From a virus: DNA of 64,000 nt. The translations under genes and the position numbers were made by a program. The stretch lies in IMG/VR virus record IMGVR_UViG_3300010883_008292, positions 12,617 through 76,616 of that record; one strand, written 5' to 3'. The notes under the pieces are model-generated. The model saw nothing but the letters and a program-made list of their open reading frames with translations. It was not told the origin of the DNA and did not search any database. This document shows, piece by piece, positions 37,842 to 47,357 of the stretch. Numbering within the stretch: the first letter of the stretch is position 1; every line of letters starts with the position of its first letter.

Positions 37842-37860
37842 GCATTTAAACAACCAAACA

Positions 37861-37881
37861 GGCCTGTTTAGCAGGCCTTTT
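37861..37881 (+). terminator. Rho-independent terminator, followed by a late promoter at 37885-37892
   Basis: ggcctg-tttag-caggcc-tttt, then TATAAATA. Confidence 0.7.
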
Positions 37882-37932
37882 CCTTATAAATAAGAGTAAT
37901 AATAAGTATAAACTATAATTTTGGAGTAAGAA

Positions 37933-38265
37933 ATGGCATACACACGAACAGTTACAATGACTAGACCTAATACAGGTGTAGAACTGCCAAAGATATCTGA
38001 CACACATGCAGATCATGATGCGATATGTAGAACAAAGTTTGCAGAAGCAGGTGTAACTAAGTCTTACACTTGGGATTCTAACGAGTTAGTTCTCTCGGTA
38101 GTATCAGAGGCAGCAGACAAAGCAACAATGCTCGCTGTACTTGATGACTTGAATACATTACCAGCTGAAGCAGCCTCAATGGCAGCAGTTAAGGCATCAT
38201 GTATAGCAGTAGGTATATCAGTACGAATAGCGGACAGCGACGGCGAAGAATACACGAACTTTTAA
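37933..38265 (+). CDS. Hypothetical late protein
   Basis: Late promoter and GGAG RBS upstream. Confidence 0.65.
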   Translation: MAYTRTVTMTRPNTGVELPKISDTHADHDAICRTKFAEAGVTKSYTWDSNELVLSVVSEAADKATMLAVLDDLNTLPAEAASMAAVKASCIAVGISVRIADSDGEEYTNF

Positions 38266-38281
38266 GTAGGAAATTTATATT

Positions 38282-39040
38282 ATGAGCGAAAGTGTAACTT
38301 ACAATGTAGATGGCCACGTCGCAGTTTTAACTATACACGGCGAAGGTCCTGTAAATATTTTACAAAAACCCTTTTACCAAGGATACAATGACGCCCTAGT
38401 TCAATTCAGAGATGATGATACTAGGGTTCTTGTTATACAATCAGGCAATCCCAATCATTTCACAGCAGGCTTTGATGTCGCAGGTTTACTGCCAGGCATG
38501 AGAGATGGAAGTGTTGGTACCACAATAACAGATGGCGACATGGTAACACCAAAGCCTATTGTGGTATCTATTAAAGGTGTCTGTGTAGGAGAGGGTTTTG
38601 GAATAATGTTAGCGGGTGATTTTGTTTTTGCAGATGAGGGTAGCATATTTAAATGTCCTGAAGTTACACTAGGATTTAATGCAGTCACCATGCAAGTAAA
38701 ATTAGCTCAAAGAATAGGACATGCTAGAGCCATGGAGTTTATGACTCTAGGTGAGGCACATGATGTAGAATGGTTAGACAAAGTAGGCCTTTGTACTCAA
38801 AGATGTTCAGGCGACTCCGATGAGAGAGCTTTAGCATACGCACATCGTATAGCCACAGAGTGTGGACCAATTGCTGTAAGGGGTACTAAGGGAGCAGTAT
38901 GGCATACATTAAACTCTAATATGGATGAGGCTGTTGACTTTGCTCTTTGGGCTAAGGACCTTTGTTTAGAATCAAAGGATGCTGAAGAAGGCATAGCAGC
39001 ATTTTATGAAAAGAGGCCACCGGTTTTTAATAATGAATAG
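38282..39040 (+). CDS. Enoyl-CoA hydratase/isomerase (crotonase) family protein
   Basis: F.AGFD oxyanion loop, PKPIVVSI.G.C.GEG, F..PEV.LG, SKDAEEGIAAF.EKR.P.F C-terminus. Confidence 0.9.
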   Translation: MSESVTYNVDGHVAVLTIHGEGPVNILQKPFYQGYNDALVQFRDDDTRVLVIQSGNPNHFTAGFDVAGLLPGMRDGSVGTTITDGDMVTPKPIVVSIKGVCVGEGFGIMLAGDFVFADEGSIFKCPEVTLGFNAVTMQVKLAQRIGHARAMEFMTLGEAHDVEWLDKVGLCTQRCSGDSDERALAYAHRIATECGPIAVRGTKGAVWHTLNSNMDEAVDFALWAKDLCLESKDAEEGIAAFYEKRPPVFNNE

Positions 39041-40001
39041 CAACAAACGTTGCAGCAAAATAACACTAGGCGAACACGGCTTGATATCATATCAGGCAAC
39101 CCCTGGCGAGGAATATAAGTGGCTGCTACATGAATCATTTGAATGGTTTAGTAAAGCAAAAGAAAAACACGGACCAACGTGGAAATATTATGACAACGAT
39201 ACTGATCCCATCAGTTACAAATTTGACTCTTTAGGTTTCAGATCTGATTATGAATTAGCAGACGTGGAAGGTGATTGGGTATTGTGTATGGCAGAATGTA
39301 TTGGTGTAGGTCCTGGTTTACATGACAGAGACTTAGCCTTTAGAATCCTAGAAGAAAGAATGGGCATTCCTTTTTATAATGCATCTACTTATGGTGGAAG
39401 GCTAGAGAATATTCCTTTTAATCTTTTACAGTTAAGCAAGTATTGGAAAACACCACCCAAACAAATGATATTCCTTGGGTCACAAAACTCAACAGGTATA
39501 TCAGTAGGCACACCAGGGGTGCCGGTTAACATAAAGAATATAGATTACATGCCAGCATCAATTCATCTCGATACCAAACAGCTACTCTTTGCATATCAAT
39601 CTATGGGTGTAGCAAAGTGGCAGCACATGCTCATGATGAAGACTATAATTAGGCTTGCTGAGCATTGGAATATACCTGCCCTGTGGATAGATCTAACATC
39701 AAACACATTAGAAGACATGTCTGAAGAGTCGACGTACAATCTAATAGATGATAGTGAGCTATCTATTGTTCATGAGGACATGTCCCACAGTATTGGAATC
39801 AAGTTATCAGGAGACCCTGAAACGGATATACAAATAATGAGTGATATGTTCTTAAAACCAGTAACAAATCATGAACCACCAGCAGGGACTACTTTGGATG
39901 ATGTTGCCAGAGATCTTTTGCATCCTTCAGCAGCAGTCCACTTATCTCTTGCAGACAAAATTGAATTTGAATTAGATTGTTCTGGTACTCTTAACAGTTG
40001 A
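39033..40001 (+). CDS. Hypothetical protein, possibly SGNH-hydrolase-like
   Basis: YKFDSLGFRS..., G.G and FYNA..YGG, terminal ARD..HP motif. Confidence 0.45.
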   Translation: MNSNKRCSKITLGEHGLISYQATPGEEYKWLLHESFEWFSKAKEKHGPTWKYYDNDTDPISYKFDSLGFRSDYELADVEGDWVLCMAECIGVGPGLHDRDLAFRILEERMGIPFYNASTYGGRLENIPFNLLQLSKYWKTPPKQMIFLGSQNSTGISVGTPGVPVNIKNIDYMPASIHLDTKQLLFAYQSMGVAKWQHMLMMKTIIRLAEHWNIPALWIDLTSNTLEDMSEESTYNLIDDSELSIVHEDMSHSIGIKLSGDPETDIQIMSDMFLKPVTNHEPPAGTTLDDVARDLLHPSAAVHLSLADKIEFELDCSGTLNS

Positions 40002-40026
40002 TTCCAGGTTACAGATAGTCTATAAT
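39998..40026 (+). promoter_or_regulatory. Sigma70-type promoter for gp45
   Basis: TTGATT-ccaGGTT...-TATAAT, 17-bp spacer. Confidence 0.75.
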
Positions 40027-40061
40027 ATACATAATAAAGAATAAATCTTTGGAGTAATATA

Positions 40062-40718
40062 ATGAAAATAAGCACAGGCACTCTTGATATCCTCAAGAAC
40101 TTTGCAACAATTAATACGAACATTCTCGTTCGTGAAGGGAACACATTATCCACAATAAGCACAGGCAAAAATATATTTGCTAGGGCAGAGCTTGGTGATA
40201 GTTTTCCAAAAGAATTTGCAATCTATGATTTAAATAGTTTGCTTTCACTACTAACCCTAATGGAAGATACTGATGTTGACTTTCAAGACGAAAGTTTAAA
40301 AGTTAGTAAAGGTACATCTGTTTTTGAATACTTCTATGCAGACCCTAACATAATAGTTAGTGCACCTGATAAGAGTATTGAAGTAGATAACTTCTTCCAG
40401 TTTGACTTTACAAAAGACGATATTGATATGATATTAAAAGCAGCAGCTATTACAGCAGCTCCTATGTTAAGCATCGTTGGTAAAGATAAGGAAGTAGTAG
40501 TAACAGTTAGTGATCCTAGCACACCTAAGTCTAACAGCTTTAGGCAAGTAATAGGCACAACTGATAAAGAATTTGATGCTAGACTAGCAATAGAAAACTT
40601 TAAGGTAGTACCTGGAAGTTATAGCGTTACACTTTCAACTAAGAAATTTATGTTCTTAGAAAGCAGTAATGGCGAATTAAAATATTGGTTAGCATTAGAA
40701 CGTTCATCTCAAATATAG
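40062..40718 (+). CDS. gp45: Sliding clamp
   Basis: MKIS..TL.ILKNFATIN.NI, FAIYDLN.LL, Y.YADP, YWLALE motifs. Confidence 0.96.
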   Translation: MKISTGTLDILKNFATINTNILVREGNTLSTISTGKNIFARAELGDSFPKEFAIYDLNSLLSLLTLMEDTDVDFQDESLKVSKGTSVFEYFYADPNIIVSAPDKSIEVDNFFQFDFTKDDIDMILKAAAITAAPMLSIVGKDKEVVVTVSDPSTPKSNSFRQVIGTTDKEFDARLAIENFKVVPGSYSVTLSTKKFMFLESSNGELKYWLALERSSQI

Positions 40719-40727
40719 GAGTAGTTT

Positions 40728-40910
40728 ATGAATGAAGATAATTTAGAGGTAACTCTAAGAGAAGCCACCAACGGATGGATCGTTGAGTTTAATAGGTTTG
40801 GAGAAACCATAGAGTACATCTTTACTCGTCCCAACCCAGCAATATCGCTTGTCAGAAAAGTAATGAAGGGTGAGTTAGATATTTTTAATAGAGACGAAGC
40901 AGATGAGTAG
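40728..40910 (+). CDS. Small hypothetical protein
   Basis: AGGAG RBS; coupled to the next gene. Confidence 0.55.
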   Translation: MNEDNLEVTLREATNGWIVEFNRFGETIEYIFTRPNPAISLVRKVMKGELDIFNRDEADE

Positions 40911-41523
40911 GTTACCAGAACAAATACCACAAGCAACCTTTCATAAAAGGCTGATGCTGACATCAGGTGAAGAAAAATGGGTTACATTAACAACGGATGA
41001 TCTTTTTAAAGATAAGACCGTAATAGTTTTTGCCTTACCTGGAGCATTTACACCTACATGTTCAGGACAACAGCTTCCTGGATTTGAAAATTTGTATAGT
41101 GAGTTTAGAGAACTAGGCATAGATGACATCTATTGCATTAGTGTTAATGACACATTCGTTATGGAAGAGTGGAGAGATAAACAAGGAATTGTAAACGTTA
41201 AGCTGATACCAGATGGTAGTGGCGAGTTTACAATTAAAATGGGCATGGATGTTCGTAAAGACAACCTAGGTTTCGGAATGAGGTCCTGGAGATATGCTGC
41301 AGTAGTAACTGACGGCACAATAGTCAAGTCCTTTATTGAAGAAGGCTTCCAAGACAATGCAGAAGCAGATCCTTATGACGTTAGTACACCTGAAAATGTA
41401 TTACAGTCCGTACAAGAAGCGGTAAAAGAAGTAACTTTTATAGACGACGTGTATGATAGTGTCGGTACTAATATAGAACTGAACTTTACAGATACGACTT
41501 CTGTTAAGGAGAAATTTGGATAG
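40903..41523 (+). CDS. Peroxiredoxin (Prx5 type)
   Basis: FALPGAFTPTCS, C.SVND.FVM..W, DGSGEFT, G.RSWRYA motifs. Confidence 0.92.
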   Translation: MSRLPEQIPQATFHKRLMLTSGEEKWVTLTTDDLFKDKTVIVFALPGAFTPTCSGQQLPGFENLYSEFRELGIDDIYCISVNDTFVMEEWRDKQGIVNVKLIPDGSGEFTIKMGMDVRKDNLGFGMRSWRYAAVVTDGTIVKSFIEEGFQDNAEADPYDVSTPENVLQSVQEAVKEVTFIDDVYDSVGTNIELNFTDTTSVKEKFG

Positions 41524-41577
41524 ACCTTTTTTCGACGGAAAAAAATCAAAGATATTTTGGAGCAAAAAAACTAAATC

Positions 41578-42516
41578 ATGAAACCAGAACAATTTTTATG
41601 GGTTGAAAAATACCGTCCACATAATATACAAGACTGTATATTGCCCGATGATGTAAAAACAACTTTTCAGCAGTTTATTGCTAAAAAGGAAATCCCTAAC
41701 TTACTATTAAGTGGTTCAGCAGGAACCGGTAAAACAACCCTAGCGCGTGCATTGTGCGAAGAACTTGGTTGTGACTATATAGTTATTAATGGTAGTGATG
41801 AGGGTAGGCAGATAGATACCTTAAGAACTAAGATCCGAGGATTTGCATCAGCAGTATCTTTTGAGGGTAAGACTAAGGTAGTTATACTCGACGAGGCTGA
41901 CTATTTGAACAGAGAAAGTGTTCAACCAGCACTACGGGCGTTCATAGAGAACTTTTCGTCGAATTGTAGGTTTATCTTTACTTGTAACTATATAAATAGA
42001 CTTATTACACCGTTGCACAGTAGAACGACTGTAGTGGACTTCAAAATAACCCCTGCAGACCGCCCTCAGCTCGCTGCTAAGTTCCTTCAAAGGATGCAGT
42101 ATATCCTTACTAATGAAGGAGTTGAGTACTCTGAGAAAGTGTTAGCGGAGCTCTTAATGAAGTATTTTCCTGATTATCGTAGGGTCATAAATGAACTACA
42201 AAGGTACTCAGTAGCAGGAAAAATAGATGAGGGTGTACTAAGTAACTTCCAGGAAATCAACGCTAAGCAGCTCATAGAGAGCCTTAGGGACAAAGATTGG
42301 AAGAAGATGAGACAGTGGGTAGCCAATAATGTGGATACTGACCCTCAGGGTATATTTAGACAGATATACGATACACTAATACCCGAAGTTAAGTTTGTTT
42401 CACAGCTAGTAGTCTTAATTGCCGAATATCAGTATAAAGCGGCCTTTGTAGCAGATCAAGAAATTAACCTAACTGCGTGTTTGACAGAAATCATGGCAAA
42501 TGTGGATTTTGAATGA
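41578..42516 (+). CDS. gp44: Clamp loader large subunit
   Basis: FLWVEKYRP, GSAGTGKTT, ILDEAD, PLHSR, YFPDYRR motifs. Confidence 0.97.
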   Translation: MKPEQFLWVEKYRPHNIQDCILPDDVKTTFQQFIAKKEIPNLLLSGSAGTGKTTLARALCEELGCDYIVINGSDEGRQIDTLRTKIRGFASAVSFEGKTKVVILDEADYLNRESVQPALRAFIENFSSNCRFIFTCNYINRLITPLHSRTTVVDFKITPADRPQLAAKFLQRMQYILTNEGVEYSEKVLAELLMKYFPDYRRVINELQRYSVAGKIDEGVLSNFQEINAKQLIESLRDKDWKKMRQWVANNVDTDPQGIFRQIYDTLIPEVKFVSQLVVLIAEYQYKAAFVADQEINLTACLTEIMANVDFE

Positions 42517-42686
42517 CAAAAGATTATAATGAAGCAGGCAAGGCAACTGCAAGAATTGATATTCGCGTTCCCAAAGAATTAAAAGCGGAATTAAAGGCAG
42601 AAGCGAAAAAACGTAAAATCTCTATAACTGAGCTTTTGCTCGAGAGTTACAGAGAATCAAAAGAGAAAGATTTTGGTTTTAACTAG
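42513..42686 (+). CDS. Ribbon-helix-helix DNA-binding protein (57 aa; not in the ORF track)
   Basis: ARIDIRVPKELKAELKAEAKKRKISITELL matches the Arc/CopG RHH pattern. Confidence 0.7.
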   Translation: MTKDYNEAGKATARIDIRVPKELKAELKAEAKKRKISITELLLESYRESKEKDFGFN

Positions 42687-42697
42687 AGGATCCAAAA

Positions 42698-43978
42698 ATG
42701 AAAACCTTAATAGGCGTAATAGCAGTTACACTATTACTGGTATTTGCCAGTAAAGTTTATTCTGATGAAGTAACCTACGTTGATGAAATCTCATCAATAA
42801 TTAATAATAATTGTGTTGTATGTCACCGTCAAGGTGGTATAGGTCCAATGAGTTTTGAGTCTTATGATCAAATAAGGCCATGGGCACCACTGATTTCATA
42901 CAAAGTAATGACAAGAGAAATGCCACCATATGCGTATGATCACGGCATTGGCATTCAAGACTTACAAGGCGACTGGAGATTATCTCAAAAGGATATAGAC
43001 ACAGTAGTTGAGTGGGTAGACCAAGGAGCAACATATGGCAATAGAGACATTGTAATACAGCGCCCTGAATTAAGAGATTTAGATGCATGGAGTTTTGAGG
43101 CTGACTTTGGCCGTCCAAACTTAGTAATCCCATCAATACCTATAGACATTCCAGCCAGTGGAAATGATATGTGGCATAAACATCTTGTACCTTCTGGACT
43201 TACAGAGGATAGATGTATTAAAGCAATACAAGTTAAACCACGAGGGGAAGCTAAAGCTGTAGTCCATCACGCTAATTCTAATATTATATTAGATGGTGAA
43301 CGGCAAGGTGGAATGCTTACTGAATATGCAATGGGTAAGTGGGGCGAAGTAGTCCCTGATGGAGTTTGTAGAACATTTCCAGCGAACTCACAAGTGCGTT
43401 GGGATATTCATATGTTTCCAGGTGGAGTAGGAGCTACTGCACAAGGAGAAATGGTTAAGGATAATGTTGTTGAAATTGGCCTATGGTTTCATGAGCCAGG
43501 ATTTGAGCCAAAGTATAAGCAAGATTTAAGTTTATATAGGCTAGGAGATCAGGCTGATATAGTTATTCCGCCTAATGGATATTACATGACACAAGGGTTT
43601 CAATCTTTTGATCACCCTGTAAGAATAGACAGTTGGCAACCACATGGACATTTAAGAATGAACGCTGCTAGTTTGGAAATTTTCCATCCTGAAACAGGAC
43701 GTACTGAAGAAATAAGCCAAGTATCAAATTGGAGCGCCACCTGGCATCACAGTCATATATTTGCTCCAGGGGCTGCACCATTATTGCCTACAGGATCAGT
43801 TTTAATAATGAAACAATGGTACGACAACACAAGCGACAATCCTAATAATCCAGACCCAGATATGTGGGTAGTTGGTGGTAGTAGAACAGGCGATGAGATG
43901 ACTCATAACTGGATGGCTATTACCCATTTGGACGACGAGGGTTACAATAAACTAAAGGAAAAACGAGATAATATTTAA
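42698..43978 (+). CDS. Exported haem-c / copper type II (PHM-like) monooxygenase
   Basis: Signal peptide; CVVCH haem motif with a downstream MPP; VVHH, PHGH and GDEM copper-ligand motifs; YDNT..NP.NPDP. Confidence 0.8.
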   Translation: MKTLIGVIAVTLLLVFASKVYSDEVTYVDEISSIINNNCVVCHRQGGIGPMSFESYDQIRPWAPLISYKVMTREMPPYAYDHGIGIQDLQGDWRLSQKDIDTVVEWVDQGATYGNRDIVIQRPELRDLDAWSFEADFGRPNLVIPSIPIDIPASGNDMWHKHLVPSGLTEDRCIKAIQVKPRGEAKAVVHHANSNIILDGERQGGMLTEYAMGKWGEVVPDGVCRTFPANSQVRWDIHMFPGGVGATAQGEMVKDNVVEIGLWFHEPGFEPKYKQDLSLYRLGDQADIVIPPNGYYMTQGFQSFDHPVRIDSWQPHGHLRMNAASLEIFHPETGRTEEISQVSNWSATWHHSHIFAPGAAPLLPTGSVLIMKQWYDNTSDNPNNPDPDMWVVGGSRTGDEMTHNWMAITHLDDEGYNKLKEKRDNI

Positions 43979-44091
43979 TGAAAGAAAATTTAAAACACTA
44001 TGCACATATTGTTGTGGCAGTTGGGTGGTCAATGACAGTAGCATATATTGCCATAACATTACCGTTATGGATTATAGCCTTTGCTATATAG
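43978..44091 (+). CDS. 37-aa hydrophobic peptide (not in the ORF track)
   Basis: MKENLKHYAHIVVAVGWSMTVAYIAITLPLWIIAFAI; TAATG overlap with the upstream gene. Confidence 0.45.
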   Translation: MKENLKHYAHIVVAVGWSMTVAYIAITLPLWIIAFAI

Positions 44092-44100
44092 GAAAAGAAA

Positions 44101-44292
44101 ATGAAAGCTAAATACTTATTAATGGTTACACTAACAGTCGTAGGATGCTCAGGCACAGTAAACGACCTTCCATATCATTGGGAAGATGGCATGCCACGTT
44201 TTGAATGGGTAGAGCCTGTTGTATTCCAAATGAATTTGGAAAGATGTAGACGCGCTACGGTTTGTAAAGCTGAAACATTATTTGATAAATGA
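44101..44292 (+). CDS. Small lipoprotein
   Basis: Lipobox-like VVGC after a basic and hydrophobic N-terminus. Confidence 0.55.
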   Translation: MKAKYLLMVTLTVVGCSGTVNDLPYHWEDGMPRFEWVEPVVFQMNLERCRRATVCKAETLFDK

Positions 44293-44753
44293 CTGACAAA
44301 GCAATATTAGAAGGATTCGGTGACCCTGTAGAAGAGGTCGTCGAAGATCAATTCCAGGAGAAATTGAAGAAAATCTCTCCGTTTGATTTTGTGAATTCCA
44401 TTAACTTTACAAAAGAAGATTTAATGGTTGATGAGAGAACTGAGAATGAGTATAATGCTTTTATTGTAAATAGAGCAATGGGCATGGGTCCTGATACAGT
44501 TATAGCAGGAAACGAAATGAACAGGTTTTCTCATATTGATAAAAAATTACAATATGATTTTTTGAGAGGAGTAGTAAGAAAGGCAAAACGATATAATAAA
44601 TGGCTAAAATCTGAAGAGGAGAATATTGACGCGATACAACGATTTTTTGGCTACAGTTTTAATAAAGCAAAAGAGGCTTTAAGACTTTTATCTGAAACAG
44701 ATATAGACGTTATAAAACTGTACCTTAATACGTCAAAAGGTGGTAAAATATAA
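44289..44753 (+). CDS. gp62: Clamp loader small subunit
   Basis: SPFDFVNSIN..K, Y..FIVNRA, NEMN, LQYDFL, GYS..KA.EAL motifs. Confidence 0.93.
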   Translation: MTDKAILEGFGDPVEEVVEDQFQEKLKKISPFDFVNSINFTKEDLMVDERTENEYNAFIVNRAMGMGPDTVIAGNEMNRFSHIDKKLQYDFLRGVVRKAKRYNKWLKSEEENIDAIQRFFGYSFNKAKEALRLLSETDIDVIKLYLNTSKGGKI

Positions 44754-44802
44754 ATAAAACATAACCTAATAATTTATATGATACAAACAAGGCGTATTGA
44801 GA

Positions 44803-45225
44803 ATGAGTGATCAAGATAATTACTTCAACATTGACTATCCAGGGTATTCACCCTTAGAAATCACATTGAAGGATCCAGAAGATTTCCTGAAAGTCAGGGA
44901 AACCCTATCGCGAATAGGTGTTGCTTCAAAAAAAGAAAAAGTTCTATATCAGTCGTGCCACATCTTACATAAAAAAGGCAGATACTTTATAACACATTTT
45001 AAAGAATTATTTGCACTTGATGGCAAAGAGGCAGACTTCCAAGATAACGACATAGAGAGGCGAAATACAATAGCCAAGCTATTATCAGATTGGGGATTAG
45101 TATTATTAGTAGATCCAGAACCAGAAGAGTTTGCCCCTTTAAGTCAGATAAAAATTATATCATTTAAAGAAAAAGGTGAATGGGAATTAGTCCCTAAATA
45201 CAACATTGGTAAAAAAATCAAATAG
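44803..45225 (+). CDS. regA: Translational repressor
   Basis: DFLKVRETLSRIGVAS, LYQSCHILHK.GRYFI.HFKELFALDG, W.LVPKYNIG motifs; a late promoter at 44749-44756 lies upstream. Confidence 0.97.
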   Translation: MSDQDNYFNIDYPGYSPLEITLKDPEDFLKVRETLSRIGVASKKEKVLYQSCHILHKKGRYFITHFKELFALDGKEADFQDNDIERRNTIAKLLSDWGLVLLVDPEPEEFAPLSQIKIISFKEKGEWELVPKYNIGKKIK

Positions 45226-46519
45226 TCAGGAATACTGGTTAACAAAAATTAAAAAAGACTTGGACGACGTAGGTCCAGGATTCTGTTTATTAAAGTGGTA
45301 CTATCTAGAACTTAGTTTAGCAGAAGGACTAAAACATTCCTGCTACCACTGTCCTCAGCATAAAATTCCAACTGATAGCGATTTACACAACACACCCTAT
45401 ACCAAAGCAGTAAGACAAGAAATGTTAGATGGCGGTAAACCTGCCGAAGATGCTTATTGCTATAATATAGAAGAAACAGGAAACTTTAGCGACAGACAAA
45501 TGCTCGCGGTACAGTTCCTAAAAGACGATCCAGACTTAATAGCAAAAACTAGAGCAATACCTGCCAACGAAGATGTATGGCCAAGATATTTAACAGTCAG
45601 TTTTACTAACAAATGCCAAATGTCATGTAGTTATTGTGGAGCAGGTAAAAGCTCAACTTGGCAAAAGGAGTTAGACAAACATGGACCTTACAAATTAAGA
45701 AATAAACCTAATCACGATAAGTATATACCAAGAAATGACATTCTAATACCCTCACAGAACCCCGATGTTAAGAAATTTTGGGAGTGGCTACCCGAGGCTT
45801 ATACACATTTAAATACTATACGCTTGACTGGTGGAGAACCCTTACTAGACGCGAATACGTTTAAATTACTACAGTATGTCAAAGATCATCCTAAAGAGAA
45901 CTTATCTTTTGAAATAAGCACAAACCTAATGGTGACTGAACGTAGAGTTAAGGAGTACATCAGCCTAGTTAAAGATTTACCAGGACAAAAATGTTATGTC
46001 AGTATAGACAGCTGGGGTAAGCAAGCAGAGTATATAAGAAACGGATTAAAGATGGAAAGGTTTGAAGAGAACCTCCACAAGGTTTTAGGATCAGGAATTC
46101 CTGTAGGAATTATGTGCACATTTTGTTTCTTATCTATTCCTAACTTTGAACAGTTCATATATAAAATGGCAGAATTGAAAATTACTTATGGTGACTTAGT
46201 TACAATAGATATGCCAAACATGGTTGAACCATTACACCTTACTGCTAGAATTGCTGATGATAATATTATAAGTATATTAGAAGATAGTTTAAAAAGTATG
46301 AAGACCTTTGATAACATATTTCAACCATATGAAATAATGAAGTTACAAAGAACAGTTGATTGGATAAAAACAAATAGATTTAAAGGATTAGAATTAAAAG
46401 TACAAAGAGAAGATTTCGTAGCTTTTGTAGACGAACATGATAAGAGACGGGGAACAAATTTTATAGAAACCTTCCCAGAACTAGGTGAATTTTATGGCAG
46501 AATTAAAGCAGGTAATTAG
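45206..46519 (+). CDS. Radical SAM protein with an N-terminal Cys-rich (SPASM/twitch-like) region
   Basis: CQMSCSYC, TGGEPLL, STNL, SID......EYIR.G motifs; start codon uncertain. Confidence 0.85.
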   Translation: MVKKSNSQEYWLTKIKKDLDDVGPGFCLLKWYYLELSLAEGLKHSCYHCPQHKIPTDSDLHNTPYTKAVRQEMLDGGKPAEDAYCYNIEETGNFSDRQMLAVQFLKDDPDLIAKTRAIPANEDVWPRYLTVSFTNKCQMSCSYCGAGKSSTWQKELDKHGPYKLRNKPNHDKYIPRNDILIPSQNPDVKKFWEWLPEAYTHLNTIRLTGGEPLLDANTFKLLQYVKDHPKENLSFEISTNLMVTERRVKEYISLVKDLPGQKCYVSIDSWGKQAEYIRNGLKMERFEENLHKVLGSGIPVGIMCTFCFLSIPNFEQFIYKMAELKITYGDLVTIDMPNMVEPLHLTARIADDNIISILEDSLKSMKTFDNIFQPYEIMKLQRTVDWIKTNRFKGLELKVQREDFVAFVDEHDKRRGTNFIETFPELGEFYGRIKAGN

Positions 46520-47165
46520 TTTATTCAACCCAACGATTATGGTATGGGATAATTTTATGAGCGGCCCTGAATGTAAGCAGTTGATAAAAGATATGGATGA
46601 TCACGTTCAATGGACTCGAGGCAAAGTTACGCAGGGAGAAGAAGGTGATGATGAAAATCACTATGCAAGAACAAATCAAATGGGCTGGTTAAATTATAAA
46701 CATAGTCCAACGGCTGTTCATTTTTTAATGAGAGCATCGCAAGTAACACAATTACATTATTCACAAGCAGAAAGCTGTCAAGCATTACATTATGAACTAG
46801 GCGAGGAATATGAGGCTCACATGGACGCCTTCCCTGTAGGTACAGCCAGAGCAAACGGAATTGAAGGGAAAGGAACCCAAGGAAACAGAGTAGCAACACT
46901 TCTTCTATATTTGAATGAAGTAGCAGATGGTGGCTCCACAGTATTTACAGAATTAAATAAAGGCATAGAACCCAAAGCGGGAAGGTGTGTTTTATTTAGT
47001 AATACAATTATAGGAACACAAGTTCCAGACCCCAAAACAATGCATCAAGCCCAGCCAGTATTAGCTGGAGAGAAGTATGCTATAAACTTATGGTTTAGAA
47101 ATGTGCCTATAGAGGACCAAATAAGGGATAAAATGGTAGATAAAAATTCCGCGGAGTATAAATAA
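46494..47165 (+). CDS. 2OG-Fe(II) dioxygenase, prolyl 4-hydroxylase-like
   Basis: Y..G.EY..HMD, R.AT.LLYLN.V..GG.T.F, H.A.PV..GEK motifs. Confidence 0.9.
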   Translation: MAELKQVISLFNPTIMVWDNFMSGPECKQLIKDMDDHVQWTRGKVTQGEEGDDENHYARTNQMGWLNYKHSPTAVHFLMRASQVTQLHYSQAESCQALHYELGEEYEAHMDAFPVGTARANGIEGKGTQGNRVATLLLYLNEVADGGSTVFTELNKGIEPKAGRCVLFSNTIIGTQVPDPKTMHQAQPVLAGEKYAINLWFRNVPIEDQIRDKMVDKNSAEYK

Positions 47166-47357
47166 ATATGCAACGTGTTCTTATGAAGGAGGAATGCCTA
47201 ATAAAATAGGCGCTACTAAGGAATAAGAATACTAGCAATTTGTGATGGGGGGAAAACTGAAGATGTTTACATTGAAAACAGAACCCCCTGATCATCTTTC
47301 AGAGGACATGCCGTAAGGGTGTCCATTTTACAACTCGCTTAACTAAGGAGAAAAAAC
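47157..47357 (+). promoter_or_regulatory. Late promoter plus a ~190-nt structured leader upstream of hsp20
   Basis: TATAAATA at 47157-47164 followed by several complementary segments (see findings). Confidence 0.5.

Noticed and set aside
41991-41998. TATAAATA inside gp44 (also 58719-58726)
   Set aside because: Intragenic matches are expected by chance in AT-rich DNA; the 41991 copy has no nearby downstream start, so neither was listed as a promoter.
47257-47290. Hammerhead ribozyme (CUGAAGA followed by a stem)
   Set aside because: The stem is followed by GAAC rather than the required GAAA, and no matching stems I/III were found. The same applies to the minus-strand CUGACGA near 60811-60817.
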